Assembly (NCBI GenBank): GCA_965220075.1 | Contig: OZ244806.1 | Location: 2,648,371 to 2,712,370, forward strand | Direction: 5' to 3' | Length of the DNA stretch: 64,000 bases | From: Chloroflexota bacterium | GTDB lineage: Bacteria > Chloroflexota > UBA11872 | In this document: piece by piece, positions 21,747 to 31,540 of the stretch | Numbering within the stretch: the stretch's first letter is position 1 | How the letters are laid out: each line of letters begins with the position of its first letter | The notes under the pieces: generated by a model | The model's input: only the letters and a program-made list of their open reading frames with translations | Told to the model about the DNA's origin: nothing | The model's database searches: none | Program-made: the position numbers and the translations under genes

Positions 21747-22901
21747 GTGGCAGAGTTTCGCGCCGTAGTGCTTGCCGACTCCGACAAGGGCGGCGCCGGT
21801 CACGGCCTGCACACCATGTTCGCAGACATCCCCGACGTCGAGGTCTCGGGCCTGGCGGACCCCGACGCGGACGGCCGTGAGCGTCTCGCCGCCGAGTGCG
21901 GAGCGGTCTCGACCTACGGCGACTACCGAGAAATGCTCACAGCCGAGCGCGCCGACATCGCGATCCTCGGGCAAGGCTGGTACGACGAGGAGCGCGTAGG
22001 CAAGTTTCTGGCCGCCGTGGAGCAGGGCGTGAGGGCCATCCTGATCGAAAAGCCCATTGCCGCCTGGCCGGAGCAAGCGGATCGAATGCGGGCGGCCGCG
22101 CGGGCCGCGGGCGTAACGGTCATGCAGCCCGTGCGAAGCCGCGAGCACCCGGTCATGCGCGAGATCAAGCAGCGCGCCGGCGCCGGTGAGTGGGGTCCGT
22201 TGATGCAGGTGAAGGCGCACGGCAAGGGCGACCGCCGCGCCGGTCCCGTGGACGCGCTGATCCTGGGAGTCCACGAGCTTGACGCGATGCTCTACATCGT
22301 TGGCGAACACCCGAGCTTCTGCTGGGGCACCGTGCTGTCCGATGGCCGGCCGGCTACGCGCGCGGCCGCGCGGCCGGCGGCGCACAACGACATTGGACTG
22401 CTGGCCGGTGACCGCCTGTTTGCGCAGTACACTTTTCCGAGCGGCGTGATCGGGACGTACGAGTCGTTTCCGGTGGGCGACGGCTCCCACTCGCGCGAGT
22501 GGGTTGGCCTTGACATGTATTTCCGCGACGCGCTGATAACGCGGCGCGACGCGCCTTATTGCGAGTTTCACCTCTTTCCGCATGGCGGCGTCTTCCCGCA
22601 GGAGCGCATGGGCGCCTGGGCGCCGCTCCCGGAGGGCGCCGGCTGGGAGCTGGACCCTTCCGAGTTCCCGGCCGGATTCAAGTCCTTCGAGACCTGGCTG
22701 GCGGACCCCTTCGAGGCCAGCAATCACATCCTTGGGTTGGAGCTGGTGGCCTGCCTGCGCGAGGGCCGCGAGCCGGAGTTCGGCGCGCTTGACGACGCGC
22801 TCGCCACGCTCGACATGATCGTTGCGCCGCAGCACAGTCATCTCGAGGGTCGGCGCGTCGAGCTGCCCCTGCGCGCGCGCGGCAACCCTTGGACAGGCTG
22901 A
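21747..22901 (+). CDS. Gfo/Idh/MocA family oxidoreductase
   Basis: It has an EKP motif (ILIEKPIAA) and is divergent from the preceding paralog-class gene. The GTG start at 21747 follows AGGGGGAT; the ORF track starts at 21693. Confidence 0.75.
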   Translation: MAEFRAVVLADSDKGGAGHGLHTMFADIPDVEVSGLADPDADGRERLAAECGAVSTYGDYREMLTAERADIAILGQGWYDEERVGKFLAAVEQGVRAILIEKPIAAWPEQADRMRAAARAAGVTVMQPVRSREHPVMREIKQRAGAGEWGPLMQVKAHGKGDRRAGPVDALILGVHELDAMLYIVGEHPSFCWGTVLSDGRPATRAAARPAAHNDIGLLAGDRLFAQYTFPSGVIGTYESFPVGDGSHSREWVGLDMYFRDALITRRDAPYCEFHLFPHGGVFPQERMGAWAPLPEGAGWELDPSEFPAGFKSFETWLADPFEASNHILGLELVACLREGREPEFGALDDALATLDMIVAPQHSHLEGRRVELPLRARGNPWTG

Positions 22902-23012
22902 ACAGGTTGGCCGCGAGGTCGGTTTTGGATTGCGCGCGAAGGTGTGCGCTAGTCTATGCGCCGGTTTGCGCGCGCACGCGGGCCGCGGGCGACTGAGGCA
23001 CCCGGTTCTTTG

Positions 23013-24116
23013 ATGCAACTACCGATCCGTCTGGGCCTGATCGGCGCCGGTGGAGTGGTGCAAAGCCTGCACGTGCGGGCGTACCAGACGATTCCGCACC
23101 ACGTGCGGGTTGCCGCCATCGCCGATCCACTGCCCGAGCATCGCGACAAGCTCGGAGACACTTTCGGAGTGCCTTCCCAGCAGCGCTACGCGGACTACCG
23201 CGACATGCTGGCCAAAGCCGAGATCGACGCGGTCACCGTGGCGACGCCGCACAACCTGCACAGGGAGCACGTGGTCGAGTCGGCCGCGGCCGGCAAGGCC
23301 GTGATCAGCGAAAAGCCCATGGCGACTTCCATCGAAGAGGCGGACGCCATCATGGAGGCCGTGCGCGCCAACCAGGTGGCCTACACGGTGACGATGAACT
23401 ACCTCTACTCGCCCGCGATCAAGACCGCCAAGAAGCTGCTGGCCAGCGACTCGGTAGGCGCTCCGCTGTTTGGCCGCGTGCAGGGAATGGGGCGCAACGA
23501 CGAGGTGCTCGCCCGCGGCCGGGAAGTACAGCCCGACCGGATCATCTGGCGCATGACCAAGGCCCGCGGCGGCGGCTGCATCTCCGATTCGGCCTATCAC
23601 GAGATCTACTCGCTCATCGAGCTGATGGGATCGCCGGTGCGCTACGTGCAAGCGCAGGTCCGGACCATGCTGCTGCCGGTGGACGTGGACGACCTCGTGA
23701 TCCTGCTCTGCGAGCACGCCAACGGCGCGATTTCGACGGTCAACTCCGCCTGGTCCGCATCGGCCCTGCCCACGCTTGGCGGTCAGCGCGCGCGCGGCGG
23801 GACCGAGTTGCACACACGCAACGCCATCCTGAGTGTTCAGCATCGCCACTCGGACGTATACGTGGAGTACCGGAGTGACGTCGACCACATGAGATTCGAC
23901 AACGGCCCCGAGGTGAAACCGCAGCTCATCCCGGTCCCGAAAGAGGAGTCCGAGCGGTACGAGCATGCGCCGCATGGTGAGTTCTTCGCGCGCACGTTCG
24001 AGGCTCTCGCGGAGGGCAATGAGCTGCCGGTGCCGGCCGAGCACGCCTATCACATCATGGCGGTGGTGGACGGAGCACGGCGGGCCACCTCTATTCGCCG
24101 AGCGGTCGAGATATGA
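23013..24116 (+). CDS. Gfo/Idh/MocA family oxidoreductase (tandem paralog A)
   Basis: It has RLGLIGAGGVVQ and VISEKPMATS motifs. The ATG at 23013 is in frame with the track ORF at 22956. Confidence 0.8.
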   Translation: MQLPIRLGLIGAGGVVQSLHVRAYQTIPHHVRVAAIADPLPEHRDKLGDTFGVPSQQRYADYRDMLAKAEIDAVTVATPHNLHREHVVESAAAGKAVISEKPMATSIEEADAIMEAVRANQVAYTVTMNYLYSPAIKTAKKLLASDSVGAPLFGRVQGMGRNDEVLARGREVQPDRIIWRMTKARGGGCISDSAYHEIYSLIELMGSPVRYVQAQVRTMLLPVDVDDLVILLCEHANGAISTVNSAWSASALPTLGGQRARGGTELHTRNAILSVQHRHSDVYVEYRSDVDHMRFDNGPEVKPQLIPVPKEESERYEHAPHGEFFARTFEALAEGNELPVPAEHAYHIMAVVDGARRATSIRRAVEI

Positions 24117-24270
24117 GCATCCCTCGGCGGGCCGCGGCCATCGGCCCCTCCACCGGGCGAGGCTCGGTTGGATGCGGAGCGGCGCGAAGGGTTGTTCTCA
24201 GCCCCGTAGACAAGAGTCGCAGCCTCGATGGACCTGGATGGGACTCAGTAGCAGCCTCAAGGCGAACCAG

Positions 24271-25377
24271 ATGTCAGCGCCCGTCCGCTTAGGCCTCATA
24301 GGCGCCGGGGGCGTGGTGCAGATGCTGCACGCGCCCGCGCTGCTCGCCAACCGAGACGTCGTTTCGGTGTGCGCGATAGCCGATCTTTACGAGTCCAATC
24401 TGGACAAGCTCGGCGCGGTGTTCGAGGTGCCTGCCGATCAGCGCTACCGGGACTATCGCGACATGCTGGAACGCGCCGAGATCGACGCGGTTTCCATCGC
24501 CACGCCTCACTCCCTGCACGCACCGCAGGCCATCGAGTCGGCCGCGGCCGGCAAGGCCGTTGTATGCGAGAAGCCCATGGCCACCTCGCGCGAGGAGGCT
24601 GATGAGATCCTGGCCGCGGTGCGCCGCCACGGCGTGCCTTACACGGTCGTGCAGAACTTTCTCTTCTCTCCGGCCACGATTGCCGCCAAGCAAAAGCTCC
24701 AGGAGAACTCGGTGGGCGCGCCGTTCTTTGGGCGCGTCCAGTCGATGGGCCGCAAGCCGCCCGGGTTTTCGCCCTCGCCCACCGACGCGGAGGCCTTGCG
24801 CCGCCGCGCGCGCGCGGTGCCGGGGATCGACTGGAAGGCGGCTAAGTCGATGGGCGGCGGCTGTATCTCGGACACGGCCTATCACGAGATCTATTCGCTA
24901 CAGGCGCTCATGGGATCACCGGTGCGGTACGTGCAGGCCCAGGTGCGCACGCAGTATCACGACGTCGACGTGGACGACATGGCCGTGCTGCTTTGCGAAC
25001 ACGCCAACGGCGCCGTCTCGATGGTGACTTCATCGTGGTGGAGCGGAACTATCCGCCTGCCTGACGGCAGCCCGGCCGGGGGCGGCAGCGAGGTCTACGC
25101 ACCCGGCGCCTCGCTGCGCGTGGACCACCGGGGCAAGGAAGCTTTCATCCAGTTCCCGGAGGGGCACCCGGACGCGGGCGTCGCGCCGCTGCCGGTATCC
25201 GACGACCTGGCGCGCAAGTGGGATATCTCGACCCACACGGAGTACTTTGGCCGCACCTACAGAGCCATTGCCGACGGCGCCGAGCTGCCCGTCACGCCGG
25301 AGGCGGCCCGCCAGGTTCTGGGGATCGTGGACGCCGCGCGCGAGGCCACTCAAGTCCGCCATGCTGTAGAAGTCTGA
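24271..25377 (+). CDS. Gfo/Idh/MocA family oxidoreductase (tandem paralog B)
   Basis: It aligns colinearly with the 23013 gene over its full length (RLGLIGAGGVVQ, AEIDAV, ESAAAGKAV, EKPMATS, GAPFFGRVQSMGR). Confidence 0.8.
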   Translation: MSAPVRLGLIGAGGVVQMLHAPALLANRDVVSVCAIADLYESNLDKLGAVFEVPADQRYRDYRDMLERAEIDAVSIATPHSLHAPQAIESAAAGKAVVCEKPMATSREEADEILAAVRRHGVPYTVVQNFLFSPATIAAKQKLQENSVGAPFFGRVQSMGRKPPGFSPSPTDAEALRRRARAVPGIDWKAAKSMGGGCISDTAYHEIYSLQALMGSPVRYVQAQVRTQYHDVDVDDMAVLLCEHANGAVSMVTSSWWSGTIRLPDGSPAGGGSEVYAPGASLRVDHRGKEAFIQFPEGHPDAGVAPLPVSDDLARKWDISTHTEYFGRTYRAIADGAELPVTPEAARQVLGIVDAAREATQVRHAVEV

Positions 25378-25445
25378 TGTCGAAGCGTCTCCGCTGGCCG
25401 CCGGCAACGCCGCGGCCGCCGTTAGTCTGAGGAGGAGAGAATCGA

Positions 25446-26348
25446 ATGCGCCCCTTTATTGATGTCCATTGCCACATCGGAGCTACCATCAACCGCGCAC
25501 CGGCGGTCGGGCAGTCCATAGGCAAGTGCCTGGGACGGATGGCCTCCGGCGGGGTCGCGGCGGCCATCGCCAGCCCTACCGCCGGCGGACCACAGGCGGA
25601 GGGCGTGTTGGACACGCGCAAGCAGAACCAGGAGATCGCAACCGCCTGCCGCCGTTTCCCGGACAGGTTCCCCGTCGGACTGGGCTACGCGGAAGTCCGG
25701 CACCTGCAAGCAGGCGTGGACGAGCTCGAGCGCTCGATGACCGAGGACGGGCTGCTGGGGTTCCAGATCCACCCGTCTCTTTCCGGGCACGGATTCTCGG
25801 CCGTGGCGCATCCCTTCCTGGAAGTGGTGGCCATGGCCGGGGGGCTGGTGCTGCTGCACGCCGACGCGGCCGGTCCGGAGATGGCCGCCTACGCCAAACG
25901 CTTCCCCAGCCTTAGCTTCATCTGCGGGAATCCGTTCGGGCACGGTCACTCAGGCGCCGACAGAGACCATAGCGGCTTGCCCGCCGGCGTTACGATCCCC
26001 GAAAACATCTGGTTCGACATAGCGCAGTATCGAAGCCCGGAGGATCCCGACGCCAGCAGGCAGCTGCATCGAATGGTCGAGTTCGTCGGCTCCGATCGAA
26101 TCCTGTTCGGCAGCGATCTCCCCTACGCCGACTTCCGCTTCGTGCAGCAGGAGATCGAGAAGTCCAGGCTCAGCGAGGAGGAGAAGGACAAGATCGCGTT
26201 CAAGAACGCGACCCGCCTGATCCAGCAGTTCAAGCCGGACTGGACCCTGCCGGAGCTGCCTTTCGACCCTCCGCAGCACTACACGGACCAGGAGCTCTGG
26301 ACTACGCAGGAATCGAAGGGCTCGCCGCCCGGTTACCGACTGGCCTGA
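25446..26348 (+). CDS. Amidohydrolase family 2 (TIM-barrel metal-dependent hydrolase/lactonase-like) protein
   Basis: The 300-aa ORF begins with the metal-ligand His-x-His (IDVHCHIG). A strong GAGGAGGAG Shine-Dalgarno sequence sits 8 nt upstream of the ATG. Confidence 0.75.
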   Translation: MRPFIDVHCHIGATINRAPAVGQSIGKCLGRMASGGVAAAIASPTAGGPQAEGVLDTRKQNQEIATACRRFPDRFPVGLGYAEVRHLQAGVDELERSMTEDGLLGFQIHPSLSGHGFSAVAHPFLEVVAMAGGLVLLHADAAGPEMAAYAKRFPSLSFICGNPFGHGHSGADRDHSGLPAGVTIPENIWFDIAQYRSPEDPDASRQLHRMVEFVGSDRILFGSDLPYADFRFVQQEIEKSRLSEEEKDKIAFKNATRLIQQFKPDWTLPELPFDPPQHYTDQELWTTQESKGSPPGYRLA

Positions 26349-26457
26349 TCGAGCCGGCGGCCGTCTCTATCCAGGGGAAGAAAGCCGGCTAACCAGCCGC
26401 CGACAGCCCCTTGTGCCTAGGGGGCGCCGGCTTTGTCGATCCGGGTCGGTGGTTGGG

Positions 26458-27219
26458 CTACGCCTTCACCAGGATGCCGCCCTCGATGAAGAGCACCTGG
26501 CCGGTGGTCCAGCTCGAGCGGTCGGAGGCCAGGAAGGCCACCGCGTTTCCAATATTCTCCGGCTCGCCCAGGCGGTCCAAGGCCGTCTTGGCCTGCGACA
26601 TGGCCAGGCTCTCGGGCGTGTGCCGGTCGCGGTTGAAACCGTCTGGCACGGTGCCGGGCGCGACGCAGTTGACGCGGATGTTGTGGGGACCCAGGTCATT
26701 GGCGGCCGAGCGCGTGAACTGATGTACGGCGCCTTTGGAGGTGTTGTAGTCGATCAAGCCGGGAAACCCCTTGGCGGGCGCCATGGAGCCGATGTTGACT
26801 ACCGCGCCGCCGCCGCGCTCTTGCATGTTGCGGGCGGCCTGCTGAGTGCACAGGAACATCCCGAGGACGTTGACGCGCATGGTCTCCTGCCAGTCGGCGG
26901 CAGAGAGATCCAACACTGAACCGCGGCCACCGCCGATAGCGGCGTTGTTCACCATCACGTCCACGCCGCCGAAAGCCGCAACCGTCTCGGCGATGAGCCG
27001 CTCGACGTCGGCCTCACTGCCGATGTCCGCCTGCACTGCGATGGCCTGGGCGCCGCCGTCTTGCAGCTCCCGCAGCACACCGTTGGCGGCCTCCTCGTCG
27101 TTGCGATAGTTCACAACCACGTTGGCGCCCTGACGGCCCAGCTCCAAGGCGATGCCCCGGCCGATGCCCTTGGCGCTTCCCGTAACGATTGCCGTCTTGC
27201 CGCTGAGATCGTTGGCCAT
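26458..27219 (-). CDS. SDR family oxidoreductase (FabG-like)
   Basis: It has the cofactor motif TGSAKGIGRGIA and an NNAA motif. The start is the Met of MANDLSGKTAIVTGS at 27219; the ORF track extends to 27342. Confidence 0.8.
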   Translation of the reverse strand: MANDLSGKTAIVTGSAKGIGRGIALELGRQGANVVVNYRNDEEAANGVLRELQDGGAQAIAVQADIGSEADVERLIAETVAAFGGVDVMVNNAAIGGGRGSVLDLSAADWQETMRVNVLGMFLCTQQAARNMQERGGGAVVNIGSMAPAKGFPGLIDYNTSKGAVHQFTRSAANDLGPHNIRVNCVAPGTVPDGFNRDRHTPESLAMSQAKTALDRLGEPENIGNAVAFLASDRSSWTTGQVLFIEGGILVKA

Positions 27220-27480
27220 GTTCTCTCTCCCTGACAGATTGATCGAGCACCCCTGATTGGGGCGGAATCGTAGCATCACCGCCGGCTCAACGATTCTCGC
27301 CGCGTAGGGACCTAGGCAAGGCCTGAGCGTACGCGCCCTCATCGCGGCGCGGGGCCAGATCGCCTCAAGCGCTCGGTTGCGAAGCGTCGGGATGAGAGCG
27401 CCCTTGCTCTCCGGTTACCCTTGGGCGAAGCCTGTGAGACGCCGCGAGTCCCGCCGGACCGAGAAAGGAGCTCAACCGCC

Positions 27481-28512
27481 ATGGAGTACCGAAATCTGGG
27501 ACGAACCGGCGTGCGTGTAAGCCCCCTCTGCGTCGGCTGCCTGATGCTGGGACGCGAGACCAGCGAGGCCGAGTCGATGGAAATCGTCGATCGCGCAATC
27601 GACCGGGGCATCAACTTCTTCGACACCGCCAACATGTACGGCCGCGGCATGAGCGAGACGGTGCTCGGCAAGGCGTTTGCGCGCAACGGCCAGCGCGACC
27701 GCGTGGTATTGGCCACCAAAGCCCATTTCCGTATGGACGATGACGACCCCAATGCGATCGGAAATAGCCGGCGTCACATGATCGAGCAGTGCGAGAAGTC
27801 GCTGCGCCGCCTGCAGACCGACCACGTGGACCTGTTCTACGTGCACCGGCCCGAGTCGGAAACCCCGATCGACGAAACGCTGCGGGCGCTGGACGACCTG
27901 GTCCGCGCCGGCAAGGTCCGCTATATCGGCTGCAGCATGTTCACCGCCTGGCAGATAGTGGAGTCGCTATGGGCGGCCAAAGAGCACGGACTCAACCGCT
28001 TCGTGGCCGAGCAGCCGCCATACAACTTGCTGGAGCGGCGCATCGAGCGCGAGCTGGTGCCCTGCGCCCAGACCTACGGGATCGCCATCATGAGCTGGTC
28101 GGCGCTGGCCGCCGGCTTTTTGGCGGGAAGATACCGCCGCGGCGAGGCGCCGCCGCCCGACTCCCGCCACCGCGGCGCCAGCGCGCAGGGCAAACCCGGC
28201 GAGATTCTCGGCGACGCTTCGTTCGCCGTGCTCGACGTCCTGGAGGAAATCGCGGGCGAGAAGGGCTGTACGCCCGGTCAGCTCGCGCTCGCCTGGAACA
28301 TGGCGCAACCGGGAATCACCAGCACCATTCTGGGCCCGCGCAAATTGGCATACCTGGAGGACAGCTTCCCCGCGTTGGACGTGGTGGTGACCGACGAAGA
28401 TTGCGCGCGTCTGGACGCAGTGGCGCCGCCGGGCGGCTTTATCGTGCCCGCCTATCGCGTAGAGAGCCGCGAGCGCGGAGCCGATTGGGGCCCGCACCAG
28501 TACCGCTGGTGA
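27481..28512 (+). CDS. Aldo/keto reductase
   Basis: It starts MEYRNLGRTGVRVSPLCVGC and has INFFDTANMYG. A GAAAGGAG Shine-Dalgarno sequence precedes the ATG at 27481. Confidence 0.85.
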   Translation: MEYRNLGRTGVRVSPLCVGCLMLGRETSEAESMEIVDRAIDRGINFFDTANMYGRGMSETVLGKAFARNGQRDRVVLATKAHFRMDDDDPNAIGNSRRHMIEQCEKSLRRLQTDHVDLFYVHRPESETPIDETLRALDDLVRAGKVRYIGCSMFTAWQIVESLWAAKEHGLNRFVAEQPPYNLLERRIERELVPCAQTYGIAIMSWSALAAGFLAGRYRRGEAPPPDSRHRGASAQGKPGEILGDASFAVLDVLEEIAGEKGCTPGQLALAWNMAQPGITSTILGPRKLAYLEDSFPALDVVVTDEDCARLDAVAPPGGFIVPAYRVESRERGADWGPHQYRW

Positions 28513-28601
28513 TTGCAGGCCGGCACAACCCGCATATTCGCCTGTTGGGCTGAGGCCGCGTACCAGAGAGGTCGCGCGGTTGCTTGACTGCGCGGCGGCG
28601 C

Positions 28602-29552
28602 TCAGCCGCCCAGCCCGTCCTCGACAGCCATCACCAGATCTATCAGCTCGTCGGCCACGCGCCGGTGATAAGCGTCGAAGGGCAGGCTTGGCTGACGCAC
28701 CCGATCCGTCGCGAACAGCCCGCGCCGCTGGCAGTAGCGCTTGTAGAAGTGAACCGAGACATCGACGTGCTGATGCGCGAAAGCCAGGTAGGGCACGAAC
28801 TTGTGGAAAAGCTCACGGGCCTCGTCCCGGCGGTTCCGATGGAACAGCCGATAGACGTGCACGAACGGCTTATTGATCGCGGTGGTGTTGAAGAAGTGAG
28901 CGCCGCGGTCCAGCGCCTCTATGAACTGTGAGAGCGACCAGCCGCAGCCGATCGGCATGCGGTTACGGGTAGCCTCGATCAGCTGCGTCATCTTGAAGCC
29001 GGCGGGCACAGTCTCGAGCTTGAGGCAGCGAAACGCCGGTATCTCCTCCCACAGCGCTCGGATGACATCCAACTGCATGCCGTAGCCGGACCAATGCAGG
29101 TCCTGGATCATGAGCATGGGCACGTCTACTTGCGCGATCGAGTGGAAGTAGCGCTTGACGGCCGGACCGTCGTCCACGATCGCAAGCGGCACCGCGCATA
29201 AAATGCCGTCGGCGCCGGCGGACACGCCGTGCTCGGCCAGCCTGCGAGCGCGCGCCGGATCGGGATCGCTCACGCCCACCACGACGCGAATACGGTTAGC
29301 GGCGGCGCGAATAACCTCCTCGGCAAACGTCATGCGCTCGGCGTCGGATAGCTTGCCCACCTCGCTGGCCACCGCCGGCACGATGCACCCGCTCACACCG
29401 TCGCGCACGGCCTGATCGATCAGGCGTTCGACCGACGCGTAGTCGATTGTGTCTTTCTCGGTGAAAGGCGTGTTCACGATCGGCACGACGCCGACCAGGG
29501 GATAGAGGTCTTTGGCGCCCGCGCTGCCGGCTGGAGGCATGGCCACTAGCAA
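28602..29552 (-). CDS. Dihydrodipicolinate synthase/N-acetylneuraminate lyase (DapA) family protein
   Basis: The 316-aa ORF has a TIM-barrel lyase-family N-terminus (LYPLVGVVPIVNTPFTEKDTIDYASVERLIDQAVRDGVSGCIV). It is co-oriented directly downstream of the PhyH-like gene. Confidence 0.7.
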   Translation of the reverse strand: MLVAMPPAGSAGAKDLYPLVGVVPIVNTPFTEKDTIDYASVERLIDQAVRDGVSGCIVPAVASEVGKLSDAERMTFAEEVIRAAANRIRVVVGVSDPDPARARRLAEHGVSAGADGILCAVPLAIVDDGPAVKRYFHSIAQVDVPMLMIQDLHWSGYGMQLDVIRALWEEIPAFRCLKLETVPAGFKMTQLIEATRNRMPIGCGWSLSQFIEALDRGAHFFNTTAINKPFVHVYRLFHRNRRDEARELFHKFVPYLAFAHQHVDVSVHFYKRYCQRRGLFATDRVRQPSLPFDAYHRRVADELIDLVMAVEDGLGG

Positions 29553-29667
29553 AGCTCCCCGGCAATGAGTGGCTGAAGATACTCAATCCGCCGCGCCGCC
29601 GTCTCTTCGCGAGCAGCGCCGCGCGGGCACGAGCCGAAACGAGGCTATCGACCCACGGCCGAGCCGG

Positions 29668-30774
29668 TCAGCGCCTGTCCGACGCTTCCTCCAAGCTGGG
29701 CAGAAGCTGCTCGGCCTTGGACCGTTCGTCCGGATCGCCCGAGGTCTCGATGATGCGGCGCAACGACCCCAGCGCCGATCCGCGCAGCGGGTGATCGAGC
29801 GTGCCGTTCTCGATCTGGCGCAGGGTGACGCGGTCCATGCTGGCGAGGAACTTCGGGTCGCCCTCGCGCTTTCGAATCGGCCACTTGTGCCAGTAGTACT
29901 TGACCGGATCGTCCGGCCAGCCCGCGTAGACATCCTCCCATGTCATCATGCCGAGGTGCGGTTCCAGTATTTCGGGTTTGAACGGATCGAGCGGCGACTG
30001 GTAGCGGCCGTCAACCGACAGCCGCAACTCCCCGCTCGTGTTGGGCAGACCGCGATGCACGCTCAGGCTATAAAATATGACCACGTCGCCCTGGCGGAAC
30101 GTATTGCTCACCCACTTCCCTTCCAGGTCGTCCGTAACTTCCATGCCGCCCGCACCCAGAGCCGCCCGGTACTCGGAGACGCCGCCGCGATGCGAGCCTT
30201 CGGCAACGGCCAGACCACCCATCTCGGGCGGCAGATCGCTCAGCGGGAACCAGGCCGTGTAAGTGTCCGCCGCGCCCTGCACATGGACGTAGTCCTGATG
30301 CGCCGGCGTGGTGTACTCGACGCGCTGCGGGAAGATCACGCGCGCGATGATGCTCGGATGGGCCACTACCTCACTTTGCAGCAGATGGCCCATGACACGC
30401 AGAAGATTCGGATGGAGCTGAAGGGCATGGAACTCGCGCAGGCGATAGAGACGCCGATAAACCTCTTGCGACTGGTAGGCGCGATCGCTAGGAAGCCCAT
30501 CCGGGTCGGCAATTCCGCTATCAAGCGGCGAGTCGGCTCGGATATAGCCCTCGTCCCGCAGGATCTCCAGAAACCGGCGGCGTACAAGCTCCAGCGTCCG
30601 CGCCGGCAGCAGCCCGCGCAGGAACAGGTAGCCGTCGCGCTGTGCGCGCTCAAACAGCGCTGGTCCGTCGTCGACCAGCGAGGTGGAGTCACGGAAGGGT
30701 GTCAAGCGATCTTCAGGCACGTCATCACCGTCCGCGCGGGGCTCGGATTCCACCAAGCAAAGTATATGCAACAC
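29668..30774 (-). CDS. Phytanoyl-CoA dioxygenase (PhyH)-family Fe(II)/2-oxoglutarate-dependent oxygenase
   Basis: It has a facial-triad-like HQDYVH (HxD) motif and a downstream VHRG motif. Its 368-aa length is typical of the family. Confidence 0.65.
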   Translation of the reverse strand: MLHILCLVESEPRADGDDVPEDRLTPFRDSTSLVDDGPALFERAQRDGYLFLRGLLPARTLELVRRRFLEILRDEGYIRADSPLDSGIADPDGLPSDRAYQSQEVYRRLYRLREFHALQLHPNLLRVMGHLLQSEVVAHPSIIARVIFPQRVEYTTPAHQDYVHVQGAADTYTAWFPLSDLPPEMGGLAVAEGSHRGGVSEYRAALGAGGMEVTDDLEGKWVSNTFRQGDVVIFYSLSVHRGLPNTSGELRLSVDGRYQSPLDPFKPEILEPHLGMMTWEDVYAGWPDDPVKYYWHKWPIRKREGDPKFLASMDRVTLRQIENGTLDHPLRGSALGSLRRIIETSGDPDERSKAEQLLPSLEEASDRR

Positions 30775-30981
30775 AGCGCCCGCCCTTGCGCATTGGACGC
30801 GGCGCCTTCAAGTCCGCTCCGCGCGGGAGTCAAACCACCGCGCCTGGCAGCGCTTTCGTTTCCGACGCTCCCGCTGTCTGCCTCATCCGTTATCGTGAGA
30901 CCTGAGAGCCAAACAGACTCGTGACTCCGCAATACTGGCGTTCCGTCGACGCTCGGCGGCGCGAATAGGGAGACCTCAGGC

Positions 30982-31413
30982 ATGGCCCAACAGGCACTCG
31001 CGGGCGTGTGGCGGCTGATTTCTTATGAGTCGCGCGGGCAGGACGGCGTGACTCGATTCCCATACGGCAATGGCGTATCGGGGTACCTCATCTACAGCGC
31101 CGAGGGCTACATGTCGGTCGCGATCGTGGGCGCCGACCGCGGCCACTTCGCCTCGGGCGACCGGCTGAGCGGCGCCCCGGAGGAGTACGCACGGGCCATG
31201 AGGTCCTATGTCTCCTACTGCGGCCGCTACGAGATTCTGCCCGACCGGGTCATCCACCACGTGGAGCTCAGCCAGTTCCCCAACTGGTCGGGCACGGACC
31301 AGGTGCGCTTCTACGAGATCGAGGGTGACCTGCTGCGCTTGCGAACCCCGCCGTTCGCTCTGGGCGGGATCGAGCAGACCGCGCATCTCGTTTGGGAACG
31401 TGTGACGGGCTAA
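30982..31413 (+). CDS. Lipocalin-like domain protein
   Basis: The 143-aa ORF starts GVWRLISYESRGQDG, which is the PF13924-type opening. Confidence 0.55.
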   Translation: MAQQALAGVWRLISYESRGQDGVTRFPYGNGVSGYLIYSAEGYMSVAIVGADRGHFASGDRLSGAPEEYARAMRSYVSYCGRYEILPDRVIHHVELSQFPNWSGTDQVRFYEIEGDLLRLRTPPFALGGIEQTAHLVWERVTG

Positions 31414-31540
31414 CCGCCAGCCAAGGCGGCGGGCAAGCGGTTCGGGAATACGCGCATTCAACGGCAGGAAGAACCGAGCTGGATGGCGGCGAAGGGGCCG
31501 CATTGCTATCCGTGCTGCTCAGCCGACCGGACGCTGGCAG

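Noticed and set aside
23019-24053. 344-aa minus-strand ORF.
   Set aside because: It lies entirely antisense within a Gfo/Idh/MocA gene. It is a shadow ORF.
29569-30924. 451-aa plus-strand ORF.
   Set aside because: It is antisense to the PhyH-like dioxygenase gene, which has clear family motifs. It is a shadow ORF.
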